Shown here: piece by piece, positions 29,914 through 39,966 of the stretch
How the letters are laid out: every line of letters starts with the position of its first letter
Numbering within the stretch: the first letter of the stretch is position 1
Assembly (NCBI GenBank): GCA_038245845.1
Contig: JBBRRZ010000011.1
Coordinates: forward strand, 36,494-100,493
Length of the DNA stretch: 64,000 nt
Reading direction: 5' to 3'
Source: Candidatus Limnocylindrales bacterium
GTDB lineage: Bacteria > Chloroflexota > Limnocylindria > Limnocylindrales > CSP1-4
The notes under the pieces: model-generated
What the model was told of the DNA's origin: nothing
The model's input: only the letters and a program-made list of their open reading frames with translations
The model's database searches: none
Position numbers and translations under genes: made by a program

Positions 29914-30992
29914 GCCGCGTCGTCGCCCGCCTCGGCGCCCCGGACCTGGCGTCCGGCGTCGCCTCCCCGGGGGCTGCCCCCGCGTCGGCGTCCGCACCCC
30001 CGTTGGCCTTCGCTCCCGATCCTGCCCATCGGCTGCGCCGAGCCCGGCGCACCGAGACGCTGCGCGCGTTCGTGCGTGAGACGCGGATCCATCCTCGTCA
30101 GCTCGTCGCGCCGCTGTTCGTCTACCCGGGCCACGGAGGCCGCGAGCCCGTCGGCTCGATGCCCGGCGTCGAGCGCGTGACCCCGGACGAGGCGCTGGCC
30201 GACGCCCGCGCGCTCGAGGCGCTGGGAATCGGCGGGGTGATCCTGTTCGGGCTCCCGGCGACCAAGGACGCCATTGGCACGGGCGGCTGGGTGGACGACG
30301 GCATCGTGCAGGAGACGTTGCGGCGGTTCCGGGACGCGAACCTCGACCTCGTCCTCATCGCGGACACCTGCCTGTGCGAGTACACCGACCACGGCCACTG
30401 CGGGCCGCTCCTCGCCGATGGGCGCGTGGACAACGACGCCACGATCGAGCTCTACGCCCGCACGGCGGCCAGCCAGGCGCTCGCCGGCGCCGACATCGTC
30501 GCGCCCAGCGGGATGATGGATGGCCAGGTCGCCGCGATCCGGCGGGGCCTCGACGCCGCCGGTGCCCAGGACATCGCGATCATGGCCTACGCCGCGAAGA
30601 CCGCGTCGGCGTTCTACGGCCCGTTCCGCGACGCCGCGGGCTCCACGCCAAGCTTCGGCGACCGGCGCGGATACCAGATGGACCCGGCCAACGGCCGCGA
30701 GTCCATGCGCGAGATCGCGATCGACATCGTCGAGGGTGCCGACATGCTCCTCGTGAAGCCCGCACTCCCGCAGCTCGACATCCTCGCGGCCGCCCGTGCC
30801 CGGTACGACGTGCCGATCGGTGCCTACCAGGTCAGCGGGGAGTACGCCTCGATCGAAGCCGCCGCCCGCAACGGCTGGCTGGACCGGCGCCGGGCGCTCA
30901 CGGAGTCCACGACGGCGATCCTGCGCGCGGGCGCGGGCTTCGTCGTCACCTACGCCGCCGCGGACCTCGCGGCCTGGTCCCGGGAGTCCTGA
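29910..30992 (+). CDS. hemB: Porphobilinogen synthase (ALA dehydratase)
   Basis: DTCLCEYTDHGHCG (Zn/metal site), active-site Lys regions (KPALPQLDIL, Schiff-base Lys) and YQVSGEY. Confidence 0.9.
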   Translation: MSRVVARLGAPDLASGVASPGAAPASASAPPLAFAPDPAHRLRRARRTETLRAFVRETRIHPRQLVAPLFVYPGHGGREPVGSMPGVERVTPDEALADARALEALGIGGVILFGLPATKDAIGTGGWVDDGIVQETLRRFRDANLDLVLIADTCLCEYTDHGHCGPLLADGRVDNDATIELYARTAASQALAGADIVAPSGMMDGQVAAIRRGLDAAGAQDIAIMAYAAKTASAFYGPFRDAAGSTPSFGDRRGYQMDPANGRESMREIAIDIVEGADMLLVKPALPQLDILAAARARYDVPIGAYQVSGEYASIEAAARNGWLDRRRALTESTTAILRAGAGFVVTYAAADLAAWSRES

Positions 30993-30993
30993 G

Positions 30994-32313
30994 ATGTCCG
31001 TCAACGTCCCCACACCGGCGGCCCCCCAGCACCTCGCGGGTGGCCGGCAGGCGCTCCTCCGGCAGCAGGCAGACGACCTGTTCCCGGGCGGCGTCAACAG
31101 CCCGGTCCGCGCGTTCCGGTCGGTCGGCCGGCCGCCGCTCATCCTCGACACCGGTCGCGGGCCGCGTGTCCGCGACGCGGACGGCAACTGGTACCTCGAC
31201 TACATCGGCTCCTGGGGGCCGGCGATCCTCGGCCACGGCCAGCCGGCGGTCGTCGACGCCGTCCGTGAGGCGGCACTCCACGGGTTCGCGCTCGGTGCGA
31301 CCTCCCCGGGCGAGATCGAGCTCGGCACGCGGATCCGCGAGGCGATGCCGTCGCTTGAGCGCCTGCGCTTCGTGTCATCGGGCACCGAGGCCGTCATGAG
31401 CGCGATCCGGCTGGCGCGCGGTGCAACCGGCCGCGACCGCATCGTCAAGTTCGCCGGCGGCTACCACGGGCACGGTGACAGCCTCCTCGTGGAGGCGGGC
31501 TCCGGGCTGGCGACGCTCGCGATGCCGGGCTCCGCGGGCGTCACCGCGGCCGCCGCCGGGGACACGATCGTCATCCCCTACAACGACCTCGAGGCCGTGG
31601 CGAACGTGTTCGAGCGCCACGTCGACACGATCGCGGCGATCATCGTGGAGCCCGTCGCGGCCAACGTGGGCGTGGTCCCGCCCGCCCCGGGCTTCCTCGA
31701 GTGCCTGCGCGATCTGACGAACGCGAACGGCGCGCTGCTCATCTTCGACGAGGTGATCACGGGGTTCCGCGTCGCCCGCGGCGGCGCGCAGGCACGCTAC
31801 GGCGTCACGCCCGACCTGACCACGCTGGGCAAGATCATCGGCGGCGGCCTGCCGGTCGGCGCGTATGGCGGCCGGGCGGACCTCATGCGCCACATCGCGC
31901 CCGAGGGACCCGTATACCAGGCGGGCACGCTGTCGGGGCACCCGCTGGCGATGGCCGCCGGCGTCGCGACGCTGGACCTGCTGCGGCCATCGGTCTACGA
32001 GTGGCTGGAGGCGACGGGGGCGGCTCTCGAGGCCGGGCTGCGCGAGGCAGCCGCGGCCGCCGGGCGGCACGACGTGTCGATCGCCCGCGTCGGCTCCCTG
32101 CTGACCCTGTTCTTCCGGCCCGACGCGCCGAAGGACGGCGCCCAGGCCCTCGCATCGGACCGCGATGCCTACGCCCGCTTCTTCGGCTCGATGCTGGACC
32201 ACGGCGTGCTCCTGCCGCCCTCGCAGTTCGAGGCCTGGTTCGTTGGCGCCACCCACGGCGAGGGGGAGGTCCGCGAGACGCTTGCGGCCGCACGCACGGC
32301 GTTCGCGGCATGA
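30994..32313 (+). CDS. hemL: Glutamate-1-semialdehyde 2,1-aminomutase
   Basis: GGVNSPVRAF, YLDYIGSWGPAILGH, PLP Lys region LIFDEVITGFR...TLGKIIGGG. Confidence 0.9.
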   Translation: MSVNVPTPAAPQHLAGGRQALLRQQADDLFPGGVNSPVRAFRSVGRPPLILDTGRGPRVRDADGNWYLDYIGSWGPAILGHGQPAVVDAVREAALHGFALGATSPGEIELGTRIREAMPSLERLRFVSSGTEAVMSAIRLARGATGRDRIVKFAGGYHGHGDSLLVEAGSGLATLAMPGSAGVTAAAAGDTIVIPYNDLEAVANVFERHVDTIAAIIVEPVAANVGVVPPAPGFLECLRDLTNANGALLIFDEVITGFRVARGGAQARYGVTPDLTTLGKIIGGGLPVGAYGGRADLMRHIAPEGPVYQAGTLSGHPLAMAAGVATLDLLRPSVYEWLEATGAALEAGLREAAAAAGRHDVSIARVGSLLTLFFRPDAPKDGAQALASDRDAYARFFGSMLDHGVLLPPSQFEAWFVGATHGEGEVRETLAAARTAFAA

Positions 32314-33374
32314 CCACCGAGGCACCCAGCGTGACGACGCCCGCGCCCCGCCCGGAGGCCCGCTTCCTGCGCGCCGCCCGTAGCGAGCCCGTCGACACCA
32401 CGCCGGTCTGGTTCATGCGCCAGGCCGGCCGTGCGCTGCCCGAGTACCGCAAGGTTCGGGAGACCGCGACCCTGCTGGAGATCACCCGCGATCCCGCCCT
32501 GTGCGCCGAGGTCACCCTCCAGCCGGTCCGCCGCCTGGGCGTCGACGCCGCGATCCTGTTCGCGGACATCACGACCCCATTTGCCGGGCTGGGCGTCGCC
32601 TTCGACATCAAGGAGGGGATCGGGCCCGTCATCGAGCACCCGATCCGCACGATGGCCGACGTCGAGGCGCTCCGCGCGTTCGAGCCCGCGGAGGCGGTCG
32701 CCCCGCTCCTCGAGGCGATCGGCATCGTGCGCCGCGAGTCCCCGGTGCCGCTCATCGGGTTCGCGGGCGCACCGTTCACGCTGGCCTGCTACCTCATCGA
32801 GGGCGGGCCGTCGCGCGACTTCGTCACCACCAAGACGCTCATGCATGCCCAGCCCGAGACGTGGGCGGCGCTCCTCGACGTGCTCGTCGAGACGACCCTG
32901 CGGTATCTCCGGGCGCAGGTGGCGGCGGGGGCCGAGGCCGTCCAGGTGTTCGACTCCTGGGTGGGCGGGCTCAGCCCGCTGGACTATGAGCGCCGCCTGT
33001 GGCCGTGGATGAAGCGCCTGTTCGATGGGCTGGCGGAGCTCGGTGTGCCACGCACGCACTTCGGCGTGAGCACATCGGGGCTCCTCCGGCTCCAGGCATC
33101 AGCCGGTGGCGACGTCATCGGCCTCGACTGGCGAATCGCGCTGTCCGAGGGACGCATGCTGCTCGGCGATCGCGCGGTCCAGGGCAACCTCGACCCGGTG
33201 CTGCTGCTCGGCCCGTGGGACGGCGTTGCCGAGGGCGCCCGATGGGTGCTGGAGGAGAACAACCGCCGCCCGGGCCACATCTTCAACCTGGGGCACGGCG
33301 TGCTCCCCGGGACCGATCCCGACAAGCTCACCCGCCTCGTGGACCTCGTCCACGCCTTCGGAGGCTCCCGATGA
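32310..33374 (+). CDS. hemE: Uroporphyrinogen decarboxylase
   Basis: PVWFMRQAGRALPEY, ILFADITTP, IGFAGAPFTLACYLIEG. The start overlaps the hemL stop (ATGA). Confidence 0.9.
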   Translation: MTTEAPSVTTPAPRPEARFLRAARSEPVDTTPVWFMRQAGRALPEYRKVRETATLLEITRDPALCAEVTLQPVRRLGVDAAILFADITTPFAGLGVAFDIKEGIGPVIEHPIRTMADVEALRAFEPAEAVAPLLEAIGIVRRESPVPLIGFAGAPFTLACYLIEGGPSRDFVTTKTLMHAQPETWAALLDVLVETTLRYLRAQVAAGAEAVQVFDSWVGGLSPLDYERRLWPWMKRLFDGLAELGVPRTHFGVSTSGLLRLQASAGGDVIGLDWRIALSEGRMLLGDRAVQGNLDPVLLLGPWDGVAEGARWVLEENNRRPGHIFNLGHGVLPGTDPDKLTRLVDLVHAFGGSR

Positions 33375-34321
33375 CCCGCGACGCCGTCCTGCTCATGGCC
33401 TATGGCTCGCCCGACAGGCTGGACCAGGTCGAGGCGTACTACACCGACATCCGGCGCGGCAACCCGCCCGCCCCACACCTGCTCGAGGAGCTCCTCGGTC
33501 GCTACCGGGCGATCGGCGGCGGGTCCCCGCTGAGCCACATCGTCGAGCAGCAGCGAGCCGCGCTCGAGGCGGAGCTCACCGCGCGCGGACTGCCCATGCC
33601 GGTGTACGCGGGCATGCGCCACATCGCGCCGCGCATCGGCGACATCGTCAAGGGCATGGGCGCCGACGGCGTCGAACGCTTCGTCGCGATCGCGATGGCC
33701 CCGCAGGCATCCTCGAACGCCGCAGGCTACCGGCGCGCGGTCGACACCGCCCTGGCCGAGGTGGGGGACCACGCTCCGGCGGTGACCTACGTCGAGTCGT
33801 GGCACGACCAGCCGCGGTTCATCGACGCCCTCGCGACGACGACACGCGAAGCGCTGGACCGGTTCCCGGATCCGTCCACCCCGCTCGTGATGTTCACCGC
33901 CCACAGCCTCCCGGCGCGCGTCCTCGCCGACGGCGACCCATACCCGGACGAGCTCGCGGCGACGGCGCGCCTCGTCGCGCAGGCGCTGGGTCTCGAGCGC
34001 TCGACGTTCAGCTTCCAGAGCGCCGGGCGCACGGGCGAGGAGTGGCTGGGCCCGGACATCCTCGCGGAGCTCCGGCGCCTGGGCGCCGAGGGTGTCACGG
34101 AGATCGTGATCCGGCCCGTGGGCTTCGTGGCCGACCACCTCGAGGTGCTGTACGACATCGATATCGAGGCGCAGGGCGTCGCACGGCACGTGGGGATCCG
34201 CCTCGAGCGCGCCCGCTCGATGAACACCGACCCGACCTTCATCGCCGGACTGGCCGACATCGCGGCCGCGGCGTTCGGTCCCCGTGAGGTCGCAGCGGCG
34301 GCCGGAGGAGTCTCCCGATGA
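33372..34321 (+). CDS. hemH: Ferrochelatase (coproporphyrin ferrochelatase), copy 2, lacking the C-terminal Cys cluster
   Basis: LLMAYGSP, MFTAHSLP, SFQSAGRTGEEWLGPD, GFVADHLEV. Confidence 0.85.
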
Positions 34322-35544
34322 CCACCCAGATCGATCCGCTCCCCGCCGCGCGGCCGGCCGGGCGCCCCGGTCACCCCGGCGGCCATCCCGGTCATCCCGG
34401 CGGACACCCGTCCGGCATCACGGGCGTCGGCGCGGTCCGCGCGGACGGCTTCATCTATGACCGGGCGCCGATGCTCGTGTACTGGGAGACGACCCTCGCG
34501 TGCGGGCTCGCCTGCCGCCACTGCCGCGCGACGGCCCAGGCGGACCGCAACCCGCTGGAGCTCACCACCGGGGAGGGCTACGCGCTCCTCGACGAGATCA
34601 CGAAGTTCGGCCGCCCATACCCGCACGTCGTGTTCACCGGGGGCGATCCGCTCAACCGGCCCGACCTCCACGAGCTCGTCCGGGCAGCAACGGAGCGAGG
34701 CATCGGCGCGTCCCTGGCGCCCGCGGCCACGCCGCTCCTGACCAAGGAGATCATGGACAGCCTGCGCGACGCGGGTGTCCAGAACATCTCGTTGTCCATC
34801 GACGGCTCCGACGCGGAGCGCCACGACGGCTTCCGGATGGTCCCGGGCACGTTCGACAAGACGCTCCAGGCGGCGAAGTGGGCGCGTGCCGCCGGCCTCC
34901 CGATCCAGGTCAACACGCTCGTCACGGACGAGACGCTGGAGGACCTGCCTGCCGTCTACGAGCTGCTCAAGGGCATGGACATCATGCGCTGGAGCCTGTT
35001 CATGCTGATCACGACGGGGCGGGGGAGCGGCCTCCGCGAGATCACACCGGGCCAGTCCGAGAAGCTCAACGGCTGGCTGTTCGGCCTCAGCGCGCAGGCG
35101 CCGTTCCAGGTCAAGACGACCGAGGCCACGCACTACCGCCGCCTGGCGATCCGCGAGATGCAGGCTGCGGGGATGGACGAGGACGCGATCCGCGCGACTT
35201 CGGTCGGACGCGGCTTCGGCATCCGTGATGGCAACGGGATCGTGTTCATCAACCACGACGGGACCGTCAATCCGTCGGGCTTCCTGCCGATCCCGCTGGG
35301 CAATGTGCGCGGGGCGTCCATCGTGGACCTCTATCGCGACCACCCGGTGATGCGCGACCTGCGCAACCCCGAGGGCTTCAAGGGCCGCTGCGGGTCGTGC
35401 GAGTACACGCGCGTGTGCGGCGGGTCCCGGGCCCGGGCCTATGCCTGGACCGGTGATCCGCTCGAGGCCGATCCGCTGTGCCCGTTCGTGCCGAGCGGCA
35501 CCGTCCCGGCGTACGGGATGCCCGTCGCCGCGGCGACGGCCTGA
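34318..35544 (+). CDS. Radical SAM enzyme with a C-terminal SPASM/twitch domain, AhbD/NirJ-like (candidate oxygen-independent coproheme decarboxylase)
   Basis: CxxxCxxC radical SAM motif (CGLACRHC), SAM-binding GGDP, C-terminal Cys cluster CGSCEYTRVCGGSRARAYAWTGDPLEADPLCPF. Embedded between hemH and hemY with overlapping stops and starts. Confidence 0.7.
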   Translation: MTTQIDPLPAARPAGRPGHPGGHPGHPGGHPSGITGVGAVRADGFIYDRAPMLVYWETTLACGLACRHCRATAQADRNPLELTTGEGYALLDEITKFGRPYPHVVFTGGDPLNRPDLHELVRAATERGIGASLAPAATPLLTKEIMDSLRDAGVQNISLSIDGSDAERHDGFRMVPGTFDKTLQAAKWARAAGLPIQVNTLVTDETLEDLPAVYELLKGMDIMRWSLFMLITTGRGSGLREITPGQSEKLNGWLFGLSAQAPFQVKTTEATHYRRLAIREMQAAGMDEDAIRATSVGRGFGIRDGNGIVFINHDGTVNPSGFLPIPLGNVRGASIVDLYRDHPVMRDLRNPEGFKGRCGSCEYTRVCGGSRARAYAWTGDPLEADPLCPFVPSGTVPAYGMPVAAATA

Positions 35545-35556
35545 CGGAGCGTAGCC

Positions 35557-36999
35557 ATGACCGGCGTCCTCGTCATCGGCGGCGGCATCAGCGGGCTCGC
35601 AGCGGCGCGCGCGCTGGCGCTCCACGGCGTGCCGGTCACCGTCGCCGAGGGCGGCCCGCGGCTGGGCGGCAAGATCTCCACGGAGCGGTCTGATGGCTTC
35701 GTCATCGAAGGCGGCCCGGATTCGTTCCTCGTGACCCGGCCCGCGGCGGTCCGGCTCGCCCGGGACCTCGGCCTCGGCGACGAGCTGGTCGGGACCAGGG
35801 ACCCACGCGCCGTCTTCATCCGTCATCGCGGTCGCCTCGTGCCCATGCCCGCGGGCCTCGGCCTCGTGCTGCCGACACGGGCACTGCCGTTCGCGATGTC
35901 ACCCCTGTTCTCGTGGCCCGAGAAGCTGCGCATGGCGAAGGACATCGCCTGGCCGCGGATGCTCGGCCCGGACGACGAGGCCGTTGGGACCTTCCTGCGC
36001 CGCCGGCTTGGGTCGCCGCTCGTGGACCGCCTGGCCGGCCCGCTCGTCGGCGGCGTGTACGGGACGCCGATCGACGAGCTCAGCCTCGATGCGGTCGTCC
36101 CGCAGCTGCGGACCGCGGAGGCCGACCACCGGAGCCTGCTGTTCGCGGGACTCGCGGACGGCCGGAAGATGCGGCGCGCGATGGCTGCGCGACCCGCCGG
36201 CGCCGCGTCACTCGGCGCGTTCGCCTCCCTGCGCGGGGGCATGGACGGCCTGACCGGCGCGCTCGCCGCCTCGCTCGGCCCGCTCGGCGTGGACGTCCGG
36301 ACGGTCTGCGGCGTGCGCACCCTGACACGCGCCGGGAGTGGCGTCGCTGCGCGCTTCGCGGACGGCTCGCTCGTCCCGTTCGATGCGGCCGTGATCGCCA
36401 CGCCCGCGCCGGTCGCCGCCGTGCTCCTGGACGGCGAGCTGCCCGCCGCGTCGCTCGCGCTCGACGCGATCCCGCACGGCACGTCGATCCTCGTGACCCT
36501 GGCGTATCCGCGCGAGCGGGTCGAACACCCGCTGGTGGGCCACGGCTACCTCGTCCCGCCGACCGAGGGCGGCGCGATCGCCGCCTGCACCTGGACGTCC
36601 GAGAAGTGGCCCGACCGGGCGCCCGACGGCACCGTGCTGCTGCGGATGTTCGTCCGCGACGAGGGCGCATGGACATCGCTCCCCGACGACGCGCTCGTCG
36701 CGGCCGCGCGCGCGGACGCCGAGCTGACCCTCGGCATCACCGGCGAGCCGCTGCTCGTCCGCGTCGTTCGCTACGCGGGCTCGATGCCCCGCTACACGGT
36801 CGGTCACCTGCGACGAGTCGCGGCGATCGATGCGGTGATGGCCGAGTGGCCGGCGGTCATCCTTGCCGGGTCCTCGTACCGCGGGGTCGGCCTGCCCGAC
36901 TGCATCGCCGGGGGCGAGACTGCAGCCGGCCGCGCGTTGGCGAGCCTCGGTGCGGTCAGCGTCGCAACGATCCCCGAGCTTGCGGCACTGCCCGCCTGA
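35557..36999 (+). CDS. hemY: Coproporphyrinogen/protoporphyrinogen oxidase (HemY/CgoX, FAD-dependent)
   Basis: N-terminal Rossmann motif VLVIGGGISGLAAA, FVIEGGPDSF. About 480 aa. Confidence 0.85.
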   Translation: MTGVLVIGGGISGLAAARALALHGVPVTVAEGGPRLGGKISTERSDGFVIEGGPDSFLVTRPAAVRLARDLGLGDELVGTRDPRAVFIRHRGRLVPMPAGLGLVLPTRALPFAMSPLFSWPEKLRMAKDIAWPRMLGPDDEAVGTFLRRRLGSPLVDRLAGPLVGGVYGTPIDELSLDAVVPQLRTAEADHRSLLFAGLADGRKMRRAMAARPAGAASLGAFASLRGGMDGLTGALAASLGPLGVDVRTVCGVRTLTRAGSGVAARFADGSLVPFDAAVIATPAPVAAVLLDGELPAASLALDAIPHGTSILVTLAYPRERVEHPLVGHGYLVPPTEGGAIAACTWTSEKWPDRAPDGTVLLRMFVRDEGAWTSLPDDALVAAARADAELTLGITGEPLLVRVVRYAGSMPRYTVGHLRRVAAIDAVMAEWPAVILAGSSYRGVGLPDCIAGGETAAGRALASLGAVSVATIPELAALPA

Positions 37000-37044
37000 T
37001 CCCCGGCGACCCCGCGAAGTGGCTGCGGCCGAACCCGCCCGGGC

Positions 37045-37965
37045 TCACGCCATTGCCGCCCGCAGCTCCTCGAGCTGATCCATCGTCTGAAGGTCGAACG
37101 GCGTCCGGAAGATGAGCACCGGGTGCCCGAAGCCTGCGTCCCGGTAGCGCGCGAGGGTCGCGGCGACCTCGTGGACGCTGCCCGCCGCCGTCAGCAGGTC
37201 CTCGCCGTCCTGCGGGCGGTGGACGGCGGTCCATGCGGTCCATGCCTGCTCTGCCTCGGCACGTGAGGCCCGGATGACGACGTTCGCGTTGAAGGTCCGC
37301 TCGATCTCGCGCTCGTCGCGGGCCGCAGCTTTGCACGCCGCCCGGAGGACCGCGTCCGCCGCCCGGAGCTGGTCGGGCAGGCCGTAGGCGTTCCACAGGT
37401 CACCACTGCGCGCAATGAGCGGCAGCGTCTTGCGCGGCCCGGAGCCGCCGATGAGGATCGGGAGGTGCGGCTGGATCGGTCGCGGCGCGCAGATCGCGTC
37501 GTCGAGGTCGTAGAAGCGGCCGTGGTGCGTCACCCGCTCGCCGTCGAGCAGCAGCCGGATCAGCGGGACTGCCTCGGCCAGCCGGTCCAGCCGCTCCCCG
37601 AAGCCCGTGCCGAAGTCGAAGCCGAAGGCCTCGTGCTCGCGCTCGAACCAGCCGGCGCCGATGCCCAGGATCGCCCGCCCGTCGCTCACGTGGTCCAGGG
37701 TCGTCGCAAGCTTCGCCGTGAGCCCCGGATTGCGCAGCGTGTTGGCGGCGACCATGAGCCCCAGCCGCGGCCGCACGGTGATCGCCGCGATCGCCGCCAG
37801 CGTCGTCCAGCCCTCGAGCTTGGCATCCGTCCAGGCGGCCTCGTCGGACAACAGGTGGTCGTCGATCCAGAGGTCGTCGAAGCCCGCCCGCTCGGCATGG
37901 AGCACGGCCGCGCGCAGCTCCGGCCACCCCGTCAGCTGCACCCAGAACGCCGCACCGAACCGCAT
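37045..37965 (-). CDS. LLM-class (luciferase-like) flavin/F420-dependent oxidoreductase
   Basis: MRFGAAFW...DDLWIDDHL...ILGIGAGW. The ATG at 37965 is assigned as the start. The upstream track extension is Arg/Gly junk. Confidence 0.7.
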   Translation of the reverse strand: MRFGAAFWVQLTGWPELRAAVLHAERAGFDDLWIDDHLLSDEAAWTDAKLEGWTTLAAIAAITVRPRLGLMVAANTLRNPGLTAKLATTLDHVSDGRAILGIGAGWFEREHEAFGFDFGTGFGERLDRLAEAVPLIRLLLDGERVTHHGRFYDLDDAICAPRPIQPHLPILIGGSGPRKTLPLIARSGDLWNAYGLPDQLRAADAVLRAACKAAARDEREIERTFNANVVIRASRAEAEQAWTAWTAVHRPQDGEDLLTAAGSVHEVAATLARYRDAGFGHPVLIFRTPFDLQTMDQLEELRAAMA

Positions 37966-37998
37966 GCGCCCTATCGTAGGAGGGTGGATGCACCCGCC

Positions 37999-38901
37999 GT
38001 GGCCATCGCGGCCGTTCCGCCCGCCCTGCGGGACGCGGTGCTCGCCTGGTACGACGCCACCGGGCGCGACCTGGCGTTCCGAGCCACCACCGATCCCTAC
38101 GCCGTCCTCGTCAGCGAGCTCATGGCTCAGCAGACGCAGGCCCTCCGCGCGGCGGGTTCGTGGACCGCGTGGATGGCGCGCTTTCCGTCCGTGGAGGCGC
38201 TCGCGCGCGCCCCGATCGCCGACGTCCTGCGGGCGTGGGCGGGCCTCGGTTACAACCGCCGCGCCGTCCATCTCCATCGGGCGGCCAAGGCCATCGTCGC
38301 GGACCATGGCGGCCGCGTCCCGTCGACGGTCGCGGGCCTGGAGACGCTGCCGGGCGTCGGGCCGTACACGGCGCGGGCCGTGGCAGCGATCGCGTACGGG
38401 GTGCCGGCAGGCGCCGTCGACGTCAATGTCCGGCGGGTCCTCGGTCGGATCGTGGCCGGTGGCCCGGAGGGGATGCTGGCGGCCGCAATGCAGGCGCTGG
38501 CGGACGCGTCAGTCCCCAGCGATCGCGCGGGTGCCTGGACCCACGCGCTGATGGACGTCGGGCAGCGGGTGTGCCGGCCCCGTCGACCCAACTGCGCAGA
38601 CTGCCCGGCCATCGCCTGGTGCGCGTACGCGGCCGGGGTCCGACCCGCCGTGGCTGGCGACGCCATGCCCGCGGTTCGTGGTCGGCCGGAGCCGGCCTTC
38701 GAGGCCACGAATCGCTGGCTCCGCGGCCGGATCCTCGAGCGTGCCCGGGACGACGCGAGCGGCGGCTGGATCCGCTTCGACGAGGCGATCGGGGATCACG
38801 GTCCGGGCGCCGTCCGGGCGGCGGTCCTGGCGCTGGCGGCCGACGGGCTGCTCGACGCGCGCGACACCCCGACGGGTCCTGAGGCGAGCCTCCCGCGCTG
38901 A
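37999..38901 (+). CDS. mutY: A/G-specific adenine DNA glycosylase (HhH-GPD with 4Fe-4S cluster)
   Basis: HhH-GPD motif LPGVGPYTARAV and cluster loop CRPRRPNCADCP. GTG start 34 bp from the divergent LLM start codon. Confidence 0.8.
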   Translation: MAIAAVPPALRDAVLAWYDATGRDLAFRATTDPYAVLVSELMAQQTQALRAAGSWTAWMARFPSVEALARAPIADVLRAWAGLGYNRRAVHLHRAAKAIVADHGGRVPSTVAGLETLPGVGPYTARAVAAIAYGVPAGAVDVNVRRVLGRIVAGGPEGMLAAAMQALADASVPSDRAGAWTHALMDVGQRVCRPRRPNCADCPAIAWCAYAAGVRPAVAGDAMPAVRGRPEPAFEATNRWLRGRILERARDDASGGWIRFDEAIGDHGPGAVRAAVLALAADGLLDARDTPTGPEASLPR

Positions 38902-38958
38902 CGGGCTTCACGCCGCCGCGAGGACCCGCTGGCCGGTTGGGAAGGTACCCTTCGGGGC

Positions 38959-39741
38959 GTGCCCACCCGATCGGTTCCCCTGCCCGCCGACGATCCCACG
39001 CTGCGCACGGCCAGCCTCGACGAGCTCGAGCTGCGCTGGGCCCCGCTCAGCGCGCGCACGGCGATCTCCGCCGAGGTCATGACCGGCCTCGACCACCGGG
39101 CACAGGGCCTGGGCATCAGCGGCGACACGCTCATGGAGCACGCCGGGACGGCCGTGGCCGCCGCCGCGCGCGCTCTGCTGGAGCACAACGCCCGGATGGG
39201 CATGCCGGTCCTCATCCTCGCGGGGCCGGGCAACAACGGCGGTGACGGGTTCGTTGCGGCGCGCAAGCTCGCCGAGTGGGGCGTGCCAGCGATCGCCGTC
39301 CTCGTCTCCGCGTCAGAGCGACCGAGCACGCCGGACGCGGCCCGCAACTGGAAGCGCCTCGACGGCCTCGAGGGGGTGACGAAGATCCACGTGGCGGTCG
39401 CCCGGGACGTCGCGATCCTGGGCCAGGGCTCCGAGCGTGCAGGGATCATCGTGGATGCGCTGCTCGGCACGGGCGTGCGTGGTCAGCTTCGCGAGCCCAT
39501 CCGAGAGGCGGTCGGCGTCATCCGGCGAGCGCGCGACGCGGGCGTCCCGGTCCTCGCGGTGGACACGCCGACCGCGGTGGACCTGACCAGCGGGGACCCG
39601 TCCGAGCCTGTCGTCCGGGCCGACCTCACGGTGACCTTCCACCGGCCGAAGACGGGCCTCAGCGCGCGGATCGGCAAGGCGCTCGCGGGACGGATCCTCG
39701 TCGCGCCAATCGGCATCCCGCCCGAGGTCGACCGTGCCTGA
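38959..39741 (+). CDS. nnrE: NAD(P)H-hydrate epimerase (YjeF N-terminal domain)
   Basis: LILAGPGNNGGDGFVAAR and DALLGTG, typical of YjeF_N. Confidence 0.75.
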   Translation: MPTRSVPLPADDPTLRTASLDELELRWAPLSARTAISAEVMTGLDHRAQGLGISGDTLMEHAGTAVAAAARALLEHNARMGMPVLILAGPGNNGGDGFVAARKLAEWGVPAIAVLVSASERPSTPDAARNWKRLDGLEGVTKIHVAVARDVAILGQGSERAGIIVDALLGTGVRGQLREPIREAVGVIRRARDAGVPVLAVDTPTAVDLTSGDPSEPVVRADLTVTFHRPKTGLSARIGKALAGRILVAPIGIPPEVDRA

Positions 39742-39952
39742 CGTCCGCCAGCCCGGGATGCGCGAGGTGCTGATCGTCGCCCTGGTGGTGATCCTGACGG
39801 TGCTCGCGGCGGCGGCCGTGACCGCGCTCCTCCCGGCGGGCGTGCAGGGGGTGGTCTTCCACACGCCGCTGCTGATCCTCGTGCTCATCGGGGGCACCGC
39901 CTTCGTCCTGTGGCGGATCCTGCGCTCGCCTGGGCCGGGACCCGGGGCCTGA
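39734..39952 (+). CDS. Small hydrophobic protein (two predicted TM helices)
   Basis: 72 aa, LIVALVVILTVLAAAAV...LLILVLIGGTAFVLW. Overlaps the nnrE stop. Confidence 0.3.
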   Translation: MPDVRQPGMREVLIVALVVILTVLAAAAVTALLPAGVQGVVFHTPLLILVLIGGTAFVLWRILRSPGPGPGA

Positions 39953-39966
39953 GCCCGACGACCCGG

